This document shows, piece after piece, positions 13,966-27,686 of a DNA stretch of 64,000 bases (its first letter is position 1; the number at the start of each line of letters is the position of its first letter). The stretch spans positions 841,147 through 905,146 of the forward strand of contig JALDTO010000155.1 of assembly GCA_023515725.1 (NCBI GenBank), written 5' to 3'. The notes below the pieces were generated by a model that was not told the origin of the DNA, searched no databases, and worked only from the letters and a program-made list of their open reading frames with translations. The translations under genes and the position numbers were made by a program. The DNA comes from Amoeboaphelidium protococcarum X5. Taxonomy: Eukaryota > Fungi > Aphelidiomycota.

Positions 13966-14588
13966 AATTCTCAAATTTGCATCCAGTACCAATATTGATG
14001 GCAAAATATAATTTTCTCCTATGGTTTTCACAATTTTTTTCCCACCCCCGTGAGGCACGTTGTCCCCGTGGTTCGCAATATATTTTGTCGCATTCACAGT
14101 CTGATCAGTCGATCATTAGCGCGACGCATCCGACGATCTTCGGAATAGCATAGTTTTAAAGTCATGGCTTATCATAAATGGGTTAAGTGATTCAGTTACC
14201 AAATCTTTACGGACTTGATGTTGTGTAAAAACATTTTGTTCAAAACCTCCCTATGGAAAGCTGAAACGTAATCACGCTAAATTCGTGCTTTCCTATAATA
14301 TGCTTTCCACTCACCTTCTAGTTAGGTAAGGAAAGATATTCTTTCATTAATGAAAATAGGTGCAGATGCAGAAAGACTGAGCGATTTCATCTGTGAGTCC
14401 CAGACAAAGCTAAGTTTCTACAGCTAGGTAGGTGTTCCTTTTCGTTCTTAGCTCTTCGTGGACTGTCGCGTCGCGCTCTTTCTCAATCCCTCCTTCTTCC
14501 GATTCTCATTCCGTTTCCTTTGCTTAACGTTTCTGTACTACGCTTTTACTCATTAAGCGGTTAAATTCAACATTATAAGACTTACGAA

Positions 14589-15578
14589 ATGATCAAGTTG
14601 AATATCAAACAGTCTAACGACATCAAGTATCAAGTTGAAATTGAAAAGACGTCCACGGTGCTCTAGCTTAAGGAGAAGATTGCGTCTGAGAAGGAGATTC
14701 CTGCGAATGAGTAAAGACTGATTTACAGTGGAAGAGTATTGAAAGATCCTGACACTTTGGAAACGTACAAGATTGAGGATGGTCATACGATTCACTTGGT
14801 AAAGGGAAGATCTACTGCAGCTCCGGCTCCCTCTGCATTAACTGGTCAGGCAAGTGCTGGTGCTAGAACTGCTGCTCCTGCTAGTAATCCTGCACAGTCC
14901 GCTGGTAGTGCAACATAAGGTGCTGCTAATCCTTTTTCGATGTTTGGATAGCCTCCACAATTTGGTGGTGCAGGTGCAGGTATGGGCATGAATAATCCAA
15001 TGATGAACACCATGATGCAACAGATGCTGCAGAATCCGCAATTTATGGAATCACTAATGTAAAGTAATCCAATGCTGTAGTAGATGGGAATGTCTCCTGA
15101 ACAACTTCGTTCCATCATGCAGGACCCAATGTTCCAGAGTATGATGTAGAACCCACAGTTGATGGAATAGATGATGTAGATGCAAGGTGCAGGTGGTTTA
15201 GGCGGCGGATTTGGAGGTATGGGTGGATTTGGTGGTGTTACTTCTCCTACTTCGCAGCAACCACAACAGTAACAATCTGGTGGAAATGGCGGTAATGCGT
15301 AGTAACAACTTCCGCCTCTGGGTGGTCCGTTTATGAATCCATTCATGATGAATCCTGCTCTTATGCAGTCGATGCTGGGTGGCGGCGCTGGAGCTAATAA
15401 CGCTCAACCAGCTGCCAACTAGGATCCACCAGAGATTCGCTTCTCTAGTTAATTACAGCAACTTTAAGATATGGGATTCTATGATACTTCTGCGAATATT
15501 CGCGCCATTAGTGCCACAGGCGGCAATGTGAACGCGGCTGTTGAGTACTTGCTTTCGATGGGTGGTGCACCATAGTGA
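14589..15578 (+). CDS. DSK2: Ubiquilin/Dsk2 (UBL-STI1-UBA)
   Basis: UBL EQRLIYSGRVLKD...GHTIHLV; Met/Gln-rich STI1 repeats; UBA QLQQLQDMGFYD...ATGGNVNAAVEYLL. Confidence 0.92.
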
Positions 15579-15888
15579 ACATTTTACGAATATAGTGTAT
15601 TTTCTTATAATTCTATTTTTTTACAGCTTTTTAAAAGTCACATGTTTCATGTGTGTGTTCATTAGTGATAAATTGTGGAGCAATCAGAGCGTTGCATAAC
15701 AACCAATCAGTGAAATGGAATAGTCCACTTGGAATCATCATCAGGCGCCCATAGTGAGACCTCTATATATATAAGTCTTTTCTCTTCATTATTGTAATTT
15801 ATAATTTTAGTAAATAGACAATTGAAACATCAAAAGTACATATAGATAGTTAGATTGACAGTATATTATAGACTTTGAGAGAATCAAA

Positions 15889-17703
15889 ATGAAAGTGTTA
15901 ACTTCAATAGCGTTGTTAATGGTGGCGCGTGTGGTTAGCGCTGGGTATGTATGCACTAATTAAACAATCACAGTGACAAATACTACGGCTAAAGCTGATT
16001 TTCTGTTTTTGCTGGATGCATCTGGTTCAATGTGCGACAAGATTGCCGGTGTCAAGGCTGGTGTACAGAATTTTGTGTAGAAGATTGATTAGAGTCAGAT
16101 TGATGCGAGATATGCTCTGGTGGTGTTTGGTGGCAAGCCTGAGATTCGTGTGCCTTTAACGTCAGATTACAATCAGCTTACCAATGGTCTGACCGCGATC
16201 CAGTGTACGCAGGGTGGTCAAGAGGCATCATTTGAAGCAATGAGAATGGCACTGACTAATTAAGGTGCGGATATGGATAAGAAGTGCGGTAGTGCCTTTT
16301 CCTCGTCCGAATGTAATCTCAGCTGGAGATAGGGTGCCACTAAGGTATTCTTACACGCCACAGATGAGGATTCTGACATGCCGGTTAATCCAAAGTATCG
16401 TGTGGTGGGTCAGAATTCATCCGCGTCCTTCTGCACTCACGTCTACACTGATCAGGGTGCATGTGCATTGGGGGCAGGTGCTCAATACGAGCCGTCTTTC
16501 TATCCATCCGGGTTGAAGACTTACGTGCAGCAAGACTCGCAAGGTAAATGGGAGACCTCAAATTACTTTAGAAACATGTACAGACAGGGTGATAACATGT
16601 ACCTGGGCTAGTCATTTGAGAAGGAGATTGAAGTCACTGCCAAGATGCTGAATGATAACGGCGTCATTGTCAATTCATTAGTCTCCTTGATCCCTGGTAC
16701 TGAATAATGGAACTCCATTATCTCGTCTAAACTGCCTATTAGTGCTTTCACGCCAAGTGGAAATTATTACTTCCCCAAGTCTGGCGCAAATTCAGACACT
16801 TTGACAGCTGCTTTGTATCAATTTGGTGGTCCCTATGAACAGGTACAGGATCCATCCACATTTCAGAACTTTGACGCTGCCAAAACTCTCAACATCCTCA
16901 AGATCAAGGGCATGGGAAATAGTTTACAGGCGCGCCTTCTCACTAAAGGGAATTTTATGCGCGTCTTTGACATTATGAAGTTTGTCAATGGTGAGCAGAT
17001 GAACATCATCAATGCCTTCTTTGATCAGATGGTGAGAACCACCTCATATGTGCAGAACAACTGTGTGTTCGTTCCTGATCCTGTAACAAGTACATCCACA
17101 ACAACTACAAAGCGTACTACTACGACAACGAGTACTTCTAAGGCAGCTACCACGTCAGCGATCAGTACTTTGGCTTCTAATGGCACCTCCGTGCTGTAGA
17201 CTACCACCACTGTCTAGTTGGCAACTACATCGACTACGACGGCCTCACTGACAGTGGTCACTAGTACCACGCCAACAGAAGGTATAAGAGATGACCTCGT
17301 GCCACCAATCGACTTGAAGCCTATCGAACAGGATGACTAGAGCGGTTCCGCTGATCCTACCACTCCTGAGGATAACATCAACTGGCCTCCACCAAAATCA
17401 ACCGTCATTGTTGTAAGACCAACGAATGACAGTATGTCGACCGGCGATAACTCATCCAGCACCAACACTGTTGTGATGATTATGGCTCCTGTGGCTGCAG
17501 TTGCAGCTGCTTTTGGACTGTTCATGCTGAGGCGTAGTCGTGCTGTTGCTCGTGATATTAAGTACGCGTTCCCCGGAGATAATCAGACGGCAGGTGAAAA
17601 TCCGCTATATGCTGCGCGTTTTCAGTCTGCTGACAATCCGCTGTATATGAGTTAGAGCGACGTTAACCAATAGTATCACTCTGGAGATTCATTGAATGTT
17701 TGA
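15889..17703 (+). CDS. Type I membrane protein: VWA (MIDAS) domain, Thr-rich stalk, TM helix, double NPxY tail (integrin-beta-like), 604 aa
   Basis: Signal peptide; DFLFLLDASGSM; WRQGATKVFLHATDED; TM VVMIMAPVAAVAAAFGLFML followed by RR; tail GENPLY-x8-NPLY; TGA 17701-17703. Confidence 0.85.
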
Positions 17704-17921
17704 TGATGCTGTTGATGGAAAATTATAGAAATGGACTATAAAATGATGCAACAAAATGGTGATAATGATGATAGAAACCTGATAAAATAAAAAAAACCTT
17801 CTCTTTTTAAATCCGTAGATTATGTTAAGTATATTCATTTCTTCACTTTCTTGTCATTGAGATCATCTTCACTCTTTCTCTTACCATTGCTGCTAATAGA
17901 ATGATCTTCACCGCCAGCTAG

Positions 17922-18607
17922 TCAATGCTTGTTAACATCGCTAAAGTAAGACTTGGACTTTTCGTGATCAGGCACCATAGTCTTTGCACCTTCCTTCCAG
18001 TTGGCTGGACAAACCTCGCCGTGCTTGTCCGTGAACTGGAAAGCTTTCAGCAAACGAATAGCCTCATCAACACTGCGACCAACAGGCAGATCATTGACGG
18101 TAATCTGACGCAACACTCCCTTAGGATCAATCAAGAACAGACCACGCAAAGCAATACCTTCCTCCTCCAACAGAACACCGTATGCGCGAGAAATCTTCAA
18201 GTTCTTGTCAGCTAGCAGAGTCATCTTCAAATCCTTGCCCAGACCACCTTGATCTCTAGGCACCTAAGTCCATGCCCAATGAGAGTTCTCAGAGTCACAG
18301 CTGACACCCAGAACCTCAGCGCCCAATTCTTGGAACTTTGGCAGAGCATCATTGAACGCCAGAATCTCAGTAGGACAGACAAAAGTAAAATCCTTTGGGT
18401 AGAACAGCAGCAACACCCACTTTCCCTTGTAATCCTTCAGCGAGACTTCCTTAAAAGAACCGCCGCTAACACACGCCTGAGTGGTGAACTGTGGAGCAGG
18501 CTTCTGAACTTGAGCGACGCTACAAAAAAAAGTAGTGAAAGTAATTTTAAACATGAGCGAATATAGTATTAGACTTACCAACAACCTTCGGTAACAGAGT
18601 TGGTCAT
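17922..18607 (-). CDS. TSA1: Typical 2-Cys peroxiredoxin; intron 18520-18578
   Basis: [14 protein letters not shown] and GEVCPANW; ORFs 18264-18584 and 17922-18263 join through TAG. Confidence 0.95.
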
Positions 18608-19230
18608 TTTATGTTGATTTAGAATTATGACTATTTAGTTTGTAGATCAGTGGGTTGATTACGAGAGAACAGACTAATGAAGAGACGCGACAAATCCAAA
18701 AGGGATCGAACTGGAGCGAGGCTGATGGAAACAAGGAGAGATGAATGACGCGATTATCAGTTGCTGCCCACTACAGAGCACTTTATATGAGTTCAATTTG
18801 ACGACAACACCACATTTAAAGTGCTAAATACGTTCAACAATTTGCCTTGTTAATTAGAGTTGAATATAATACAAGATTAATCGGTAAAAAATGGCCGGAT
18901 TAGTAGCGGCATGTATCACTCCACTTTCACTAATAAATCCACTACGAACATTTTTGTTCAACTTTAGTGATTCTGTCCAGATTGTTTGCTTACATTCAGC
19001 CGTAAACTCCTAATTCCCATCTTATAGTATTGTAATTGTTTCAAAACTTAAGCCTCCCTTCCCCACACTTTTCTTCTTGCCTTTCATGTCTTTACTCATT
19101 CGCGTTACTCGCTTTGTTCTCTCAACCTGCCTCTCCACGTTTCTCTCTCTCTGTCTCTCTTGTAGCTTACAGCGTCAACTCAATCGCGCCATTTCAAAGT
19201 TCAAAAACGAAGAAAATTCACAAACGGAAA

Positions 19231-20928
19231 ATGTAAAGACGATACCCATGTGGAAGGTATTCAGTGAGAGTCTTTCTCATTGCAGTCATTATTTATCTTT
19301 TATATCTACTATCGCTAGCTGTCATTCTCTCTGTATCTGATCGCTCCTCATTATTCTCTTTAATTGGCTCTTATGATTATGCCATCGATCCTCACCTCAT
19401 TGATGGTTCCCTCGATGTTCCTCAGTACATTCCATTGCACGTGAGTCGAACCAAGCGAAAGCCTACTGTGGCATTTATCACATACGAAATGTACCCAGTT
19501 ACTATTCATGGCGGTGGTGCTGGAGTAGTTATCAACGGTTTGGTATTGGATCTGATAAAGAAGGGCCACGATGTTGTGATTATCGGAGACTTTGATTAGT
19601 AGTTGTTGAGAGATTGGATGGTTCACTTTTACAAGGTGGTGCCTGCTGATTAATAGAAAGGCTAGATTTATATTAGACACGTTCCATCATTGTTGGAGTA
19701 GTATAAAGTGTAGTACAAAGATGTCAATAACTAGGAAGAAGAAGAATAGTAATATGGCCCTCAGAGTCTAGTAATTAAAAAGAGTTCATCAATATTCCTT
19801 TTGAAGAGTCGCATGTTTGCCATGGCTACGCATTTGGTTAATAGAGAAATACCTCTCGATATGGTGGAATGCTTTGACTATGTAGGTGTGTGTTATGAGC
19901 TTCTCCGAGCGCCATTCTCTGAAGAGAACTCGTATCTTCCACAGACGACCACAATTGCTGTCAGAGTTCATGGAACTATTTAACTGATCGAGAGGGCAGA
20001 GAATAAGGAGGTCTCGGTTAATCCACCTTCAGAGCGGAGTATAATGTACGTGATGGAGCATTTTACCATGAGCGCTGCTGATTTAGTTATAGTGTAGACT
20101 GAGTTCTTCAGGAAGAGGATATCCAAGAATTACAATTTCGATCATAAAGAGATTGTACTTGGTCGTGCTCCTATGGAGGCCATCTTGAAATATGTTGATG
20201 ATGCAGATCGAGAAGTTTAGTTTTTGGAGAAATAATAATCCACTTCTCAGTTGATCCCATCTGATTAATTCTCTGGTAGAAAGGTATTTTTAATCTATGG
20301 TAGATTTCAACTCGTGAAGGGATTGGAATGTATAGTTGACGCGGCCAAGTAGCTTGTATCCCAAGTGCCTGAAGTGCTATTTCTATTTGTTGGGCCTGAT
20401 GTGTGGTCTCCAGATTTGAATATGTTAACTAGTAAGTACATAGAGTCCAAGGTACCCGAGTCGATGAAGGATAATTTTGAGATTAGACCTCAGCCGATCA
20501 ATCGAACGGAGCTGGTTAAATTGACGCGCTCAGTGCATGTCGCCATATTTGCCTCCCAATTTGAGTCGCTTAATCTGGCAGTTCATGAAGTTGCCCGTTT
20601 ACGTGTGCCCCTTGTGCTCAGTTCTATACCAGCTTTTGTAGAGTATTTCAAGGATTCACCTCAAGTATGGTTCTTTGAGACTGGAAACCCCGAGTCTCTT
20701 CACCGTGTTCTCTATCGAACTGTGAGAGAGACAGAGTCCATGCAGAGGATTGCCGCTATTCGCAAAGGTTTGAGTCTCACCAAGTATGAAGATGCCACTA
20801 CTCCGTACAAAATGTATGAATATCCTGTAAGTGGAATACGGCGGCGGAACCGTGAAGTGTGTCATAACTTGAGTGAGGCTATTCTGAACGGTGAGCGGTA
20901 CATCAACGCTAGAAATCCTCTGTTGTGA
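19231..20928 (+). CDS. Membrane-anchored GT-B (GT4-like) glycosyltransferase
   Basis: N-terminal TM anchor; VAFITYEMYP...GGAG; YGRFQLVKG; FASQFESLNLAVHE (Ex7E motif). Confidence 0.8.
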
Positions 20929-21264
20929 TGCTTCATCATTTCCATAGTAGTGAATTTGATGATTTAATGCATTCTAAGTCTACATATTGGTTGATGGCGG
21001 CTCAAGTTTTCATGATTTTTACGCGCTATCTCTATCTCTCTCGATCGTCATTTATAGATGTATTTCCTACGGATTAAAGTGCTTAAATAGCGCTACAATG
21101 ACGGTTCATGACGCTATCGCTCTGTTTGTCTCTCGATGGGACTTTCCGCCTCCGATCTGTTCAGAAGATGAGCGCGTGCATCGTCGCTCGGATCACGCAC
21201 TCTTTCACACAATCAATTTTGTTAAACTTTTTTCCCCGCTGGAAGTAAGAACGTACGAATAAAA

Positions 21265-22743
21265 ATGTTGCGCCATCTGGGAAAGAGATGTATGTAGAGT
21301 GCTGCTTTCCAGTAGCAGTAGAAGCGATAAGTGCAGCAAGTGAAGAGCATCGATGCATGGAACAAGGAACTTAATACGTCACTGAAAGAAGCTGATCCGG
21401 AGATTTATGCATTCATTGAGCAGGAGAAGGAGCGTCAATGGACCGGCCTGGAACTTATTGCCTCCGAAAACTTCACCTCTAGATCCGTGATGGAAGTTAA
21501 TGGCTCCTGTCTGACTAATAAGTACTCTGAAGGATTACCGTATGCCCGCTACTACGGCGGTAATGAAATAATTGACCAGATTGAGATTCTGTGTTAGGAG
21601 CGCGCACTGAAGGCATTCAACTTGGATCCCAAGGTATGGGGCGTTAATGTGCAGCCATACTCTGGATCGCCTGCTAATTTCGCTGTATACACTGCTCTGT
21701 TACAGCCTCATGATCGCATTATGGGTCTCGATCTCCCGTCTGGCGGTCACTTGACTCATGGTTACCAGACTGCGAAAAAGAAGATTAGTGCCACTTCCAT
21801 ATTTTTTGAGTCTATGCCGTACCAGGTGGATATGAAGACTGGTTGGATTGATTATGATCAGTTGGAGAAGAATGCCCTCCTCTTCCGTCCAAAGCTGTTG
21901 ATTTCTGGTACTTCATCTTATCCGCGGGAGTTGGATTTTGAGCGATTTAGAAAGATTGCCGACCAGAATGGATCTTACTTGATGTGTGATATGGCTCACA
22001 TCTCTGGTCTAGTGGCCGGCTAAGCTGTATAGAATAATCCTTTCGATTTCTGTGATGTAGTGACCACCACGACTCATAAGACTTTACGTGGTCCCCGTGC
22101 TGGTCTTATCTTTTTCAGGAAGGTTGGACGTGATGGTAAGACGCCAACTGATTTTGAGAATAAGATCAATAATGCCGTATTCCCTGGACTGCAGGGTGGT
22201 CCTCATAATAATACAGTGGCAGCGATCGCCACGGCTATGAAGTATGCTGCGTCAGATGAATTCAAGTAGTATGCCAAGCAGGTGCGTAAGAATGCTCAGG
22301 CTCTGGCTGAGGCGCTGAAGTCTCGCGGTTATAAACTGGTGACTGATGGAACTGATAATCACATTGTGCTGTGGGATCTGCGTCCTCAGGGATTAACGGG
22401 TAGTAAGTTGGAGAAGGTTTGTGATCAGTTGCACATCACAATCAACAAGAATTCGGTGCATGGCGATGTTAGTGCAATGAGTCCAGGTGGCGTGAGATTG
22501 GGCAGCTCTGCTCTGACGTCTCGCTCCTTCAATGAAGAGGATTTCTAACAGGTGGCCACGTATTTGGATCGCGCTTTGAAAGTGGCTTTGAACATTTAGA
22601 AGAATTCCAAGTCCAAGATGATGAAAGATTTCGTAGTGTCTCTGGATAATGCACTGCCAGAATTAAAGAAGTTGAAGGGTGAAGTCTCTCACTTCGCACG
22701 CCAATTCCCAATGCCTGGCTTTGATGTTGATCATCTTCAGTGA
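21265..22743 (+). CDS. SHM1: Serine hydroxymethyltransferase with mitochondrial-type presequence
   Basis: [43 protein letters not shown] (PLP Lys), FPGLQGGPH. Confidence 0.96.
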
Positions 22744-23112
22744 TACACATTTTGTGATTATGAGTAATGACTAACAGCGTCATCCTCTATATTCTCACTA
22801 TTTTCACTTAAACAAATGGGATCTTGTAGTTCAACTATGCCATTTTTCACAGAACAAATCAAGTAATAAAGTAGCTCTTATTTCATGTCAAATCTGTGTT
22901 ATTCTCTTGGCGTTCCGTGCAGTTACTCTTGGCGTAGCACAGTTGACACCAGGTGATACGTGTGTTCTGCGTGATCAGATCACTAGTTTATCAATTGTCT
23001 AGTATTCTAAAGCACCTCGAGCTTCAAATGTATTCATTTAACTAAAATATTAAAGTATTCTTAGGGAAGTGCAAATTGGCAATTTTTTCTCGTAATATAC
23101 TCAATAGGCATT

Positions 23113-24294
23113 ATGTTAATATAGCTATCTATTGCGTGTCTGTTCATAAGCTCTGCTACGGTTTTATCAGAGCCGAAGCCCTCCGATGATGCGCCAATCA
23201 AGTGGTTGCAATCATTTACATCTATTAGCGCGCCATGCACTACCAGAGCGACTCCTCTAACTGTCAAAATATTGTCTACAAGCTGTCCATCTATTTCTTC
23301 TACCTAAAATTGCTCATCTTGTACGCGCGGTCAGGGTTCGACATCCACGACATCTTCTACTGCCTCGTCTGTTATAACAACTACTGCGATGCCATAGGCA
23401 TCATGTACAATGTCCTCGACCGTAACAACCACAACGACGTCTTCTAAGTAGTTGTGTAGCAGTCCAACGCCTGATGTTCCAATGACTCGTCCTCCTATAA
23501 GACCGCCTCCTCAGGTCCCGCCGTATCCTGGTCCTCCAGAAAATCCTCCACCAACGCGTCCTCCTCCGCCACCGCCCGCACCTGAAAGCCCTCCTCCACC
23601 TGATGGCTCGGAACCTCTTCCTCCTGCACCAAGACCTCTTCCGGGTACTCCAAAACCACCTTCTCCAAAACCTCCATCTTTGAGAAGAAGATCAAAGTAA
23701 AATGGCAGAGGCAGAGGAGGTGGATGTGGAAGTGAGAGTCCACTTGTATTTGATATGAATAGGGATGGAGTTGTTTCTGCCTCGAAAAACACCGGTATCT
23801 CAACGGATCCCTCAAATCCAAATTAACAAGATGGAGGTGCCGTAGGTGGCGATAAAATGCTTGCAATGTCCGATTTAAATGGCAATGGTGTGGTGGACAT
23901 TCAAGAAGTGTTTGGTGATCATACACTGAGTCCATTTACTAAGAAGCCATATCACGCGGCTAATGGTTTTGACGCATTATACATGCTGGCTTTGGAAATG
24001 CAATCTATTCCAAAATGTAAATTCTAGTTAGTAAAGAAGGACCATAACAGTGTTCTGGTATCTTTAATTTTTATGAGAAAGTGTCTAAATCTGCATAATG
24101 TTCAGCTTGGCTTTATTAGCGACACTAACATTAGCAACCTGGAAGAACTGGGTGATGTTGATCAAGTTGATGTGACTGATTATGTCAATACTCCGCAGGA
24201 TGTTAGGGATGGAGTTTTACATGGTTAAAAGGGATCCTTCTACTCTTAAGATGGAACCCAATGGAAGGTTGATGATGTATGGTTCAGGAAATGA
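23113..24294 (+). CDS. Secreted S/T- and Pro-rich protein with SPM-like domain, copy 2, 393 aa
   Basis: Signal peptide, Pro-rich tract, LRRRSK, SESPLVFDMNRDG...SDLNGNGVVDIQEVFGDHT...VDDVWFRK, TGA. Confidence 0.88.
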
Positions 24295-24557
24295 GATGCA
24301 TGAAATTTTGTATACATTTATTTTATGAAGTATTGAACTGCATTATTCTTCGCCAATTTGATCAGTGAATTAAAGGAAGCTTTGTTAATCAGTGAATGTT
24401 ACACAGATCTTGCGAATCAATTTCCCACGCAAATAGGTGGTAAAATATTCAGCTTAACAGCTTACTCAAAATTCTCCTAATTCAACATTTAACATAAGGC
24501 CATAATTCATATATATATATATTGTAAAATCATAAATCTTACACAAAACTAATACAC

Positions 24558-27500
24558 TCAGACAGCTTGCTTCTAGGAATCAGCTCTAGCCTTGACCAAT
24601 TATATTCCCCCTCTACCTCTACCTGCTCCAACTGCTCCCCCTCTACCACCTCTTTGAGCAGGTACAAACTTACCACCACTTCTCTACTGAGTTGGAGAAC
24701 CGCCGTGGCTATAACGCACATGAGCACTAGAAGATTTATCCTTGACGCCAGCAGCAGCAGAGGCCGGATGTTCAACAAATCTAGTATCGCTTTCATCCAC
24801 CTTAAACACTATGGCTTACAGAGGATACTACCAAGAATCCTGAAAACGGCCATAATCCTTAATAAGAGCACCACTTTCCAATCTCTTCATACCGCGGAGT
24901 ACACAAACGGTCACGATGCAATTCACACCGCCCAAAATACATGCCTACTTGGCGCTGTACTAATCTTCCAATTAAGCACCGCGTCTCTCCCACCTCAATA
25001 TATCGTCTTGATCATGAGGCGTACGCTTCACATCCTTTGGCTTCAACTTCTAATTCTAATCCAATGGCTACACAAAATAATGCGCAGGCTTCTCCTCAGC
25101 AAAGGTCCATTCTGCAACACTGTCACTAACACCGACAACGACACCTTCAATCAAGAATGGCCAGTCCACCTGGACACGCTTACCCAAATACGTATGAGCA
25201 ATCTGTTCATGCGTCAGATGATCATCCAAAGCTGAATTGATTCTCACCACAACACTCTCGTCCTTGCTTGGATACTAAAATACCTTTACACCATGCACGG
25301 CAACAAAATGGCTAAAATCTAGTGTATACAGAGATGGGAATCCAGACATCAGATCTGCGCCCAGCTTCACACCATCCAACAAACCGTGAATAAGCATACT
25401 TTCGTGCTGCACCGTTGGCAGGTTAAACACCTCCTCCACTACTTTATTCCAAGTCAAAGAGGGGAACATCTAGTACCTGCTCTCATACTTACCCGGCGGA
25501 TCTTAAGATTCATCGAAGCGGTACTAATACGTTACACCCATACTATTGCGCCTCACCTCATCTGGCTTCAAGTGACTCTCCTTACTCTTCATAGCCTGCT
25601 GCAGTCGCTTCTCATCCACAAATGGAATCTTCACCACAGCTTCCCAGTCATTCTTTTTTCCATTCAGGTCAGTCTCAAATTCATCTGGATAAAAATCAAT
25701 AATAGGACTATCAGCAGACAGCACTAAATCTCGATACGCTTCAGGAAGTAGTTTAACACTCCGGGCTGGTAGTACTCCCATTAGCTACTCAAATGGCTGG
25801 AATGGTGCCCCAAGTTCCAGCTGAGGAACAGCATCAATAGCCTCCTATATATTAGGGACAAGATCACTGATCATCGGTGCATAATGATACGGGTAGAACC
25901 ATCCCCAGCTGGGTACACCATAATAGTAATAATGCATAATCCACTGCAATCCCTAGATGTAGCTTCCTCTCAAAGCTTTCATTTACTCATTGTTACTGAT
26001 ATCAATCTGCATTTTACCTTTATAATAATCACTCTTCACAGACTGGAACATGTCATGTATCATCTTGTCTCGATTCGCAGATTATTACGACGTTTTCTAG
26101 TCCGGAGCCTGGTATACTTGCTCATACTTTTTAATCACTCTCAGTCTGGCAAGGTACCCCTCCTCATCATCTTCACTATCACTTTCATCTTCATTAACAG
26201 CAGTCTATAAAGCGCCATCCCCATTACTAACACTTTTAACTCCGATGTAATCAACCAAAACTGGCTTTAATTTAGCGCTGATGATCAAAACATCTTCATC
26301 CTCGTCACTATCATCCTAGTCACCAGATCCATTTACAGAATCTTATTACGATTATTCACTGATAACCAACTTGTCAATAATGCGACTATCCACAACATTA
26401 CTATTATAGCAATAGAAATTCAAATCTCGAGCCAGTAGAGTAACAAACTTTCTATCAAAATTATTCAAATCTCTCAACACAAGATCCTAAGACTAACCAT
26501 TACTCTTCACCATATTCTTGATCCTTTCAAACAACTCCTACTGAGATGGACTGAGAACTTTAATCACTCTACCAGATCTGGTATCCACACCGCTATTACT
26601 GAACAGATCACCATTGGCCTCTTCAAATATCTCACGCTCCTTATACGCCAACTGAGTCAGCAGAACCTCCAAATTCTTCAAATTAATCTTTCCATCTTCA
26701 TTTAGGTAGCCATCCAGAGTCGGCAGCACAATCTTATACAAATTAAACATAAACTTGAGAGCGCCATGATTGATGTGCATATTAGGTAGATGAGGAATGA
26801 AATCATTGCCCACAAACAAAGCCATCAGTACAAAGTCATCTATAATCTTCTCAATACTATACTCAAATGGTAGCTTATTCTTAAGAGAAGAGAATTCCAG
26901 GTCCAGATACTCACGAAGCAGAGATAGGTGCAAAAGATAAAAGTTTTGAGATGATGGATTACTGACAATATTCTTCTTCTATCTCGACTGACCACCAAAT
27001 ACAACCTCCTCTCTAAGTAAGCAAAAGTGAGGATCATGTGTCACCAAGCCAAGCATAATTAAGTCTGCATCCAGACCATAAATGACGTGACGAGTATTAG
27101 GATCGTAATCAGGCTGACTCCTAGCCAATCTAATGTACTCCATGATCTTGTGCTCTCCTTCACCCGGGACATCACTACTACTAAGCACAATATTACAACG
27201 TCTCCACTGAGGATCTGCGTTCATCTTCTTGTGAACGAAATATCTCAATTGGTCACTCAACTTGTCCATGAAGGCAGTACCAGGTGTGATACAGTTGGAA
27301 TCGAAAGCTTCCTACTCTGGCAGTACTTCACCTTTAGCGATCGCCTTCTTAATAGCAATCGCCGCATCCTAAGCAGTTCTAAATCGTCTCGATCTCTACT
27401 AGTTAATCTTTGCTCGAGGAGCAACGCCATCTAGAGCCATAAAGAACAACTTTTATGGGCGTATCTTTTCAAATATGTGTTCAATATACGAGAACACAGC

Positions 27501-27686
27501 CTTCATAATCTCCTCTTCACTAATTCTATAATGCACATCATCATTATTACCATGCGAGCAATTGTGAATAATACCATTCATATCCAGGTACAAATTATCA
27601 AATTCCGGAATCTTGTTCTACTCCACCAGCTGACTGCACATTGGATAACGCTCAGAGAGCCATCTAAAGAATTTTGGAACTCCCAT
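24558..27686 (-). CDS. XRN1: 5'-3' exoribonuclease Xrn1, about 1042 aa, short C-terminus with RGG tail
   Basis: [72 protein letters not shown]. Confidence 0.92.

Noticed and set aside
14846-15346. Track ORFs rich in Cys/Tyr/Gly or Leu/His (also 41491-41925, 44639-45136, 44775-45194, 54681-55151, 8464-9117, 24567-25235)
   Set aside because: They are antisense or alternative-frame shadows of real genes (DSK2, Pro-rich repeats, FUM1, XRN1).
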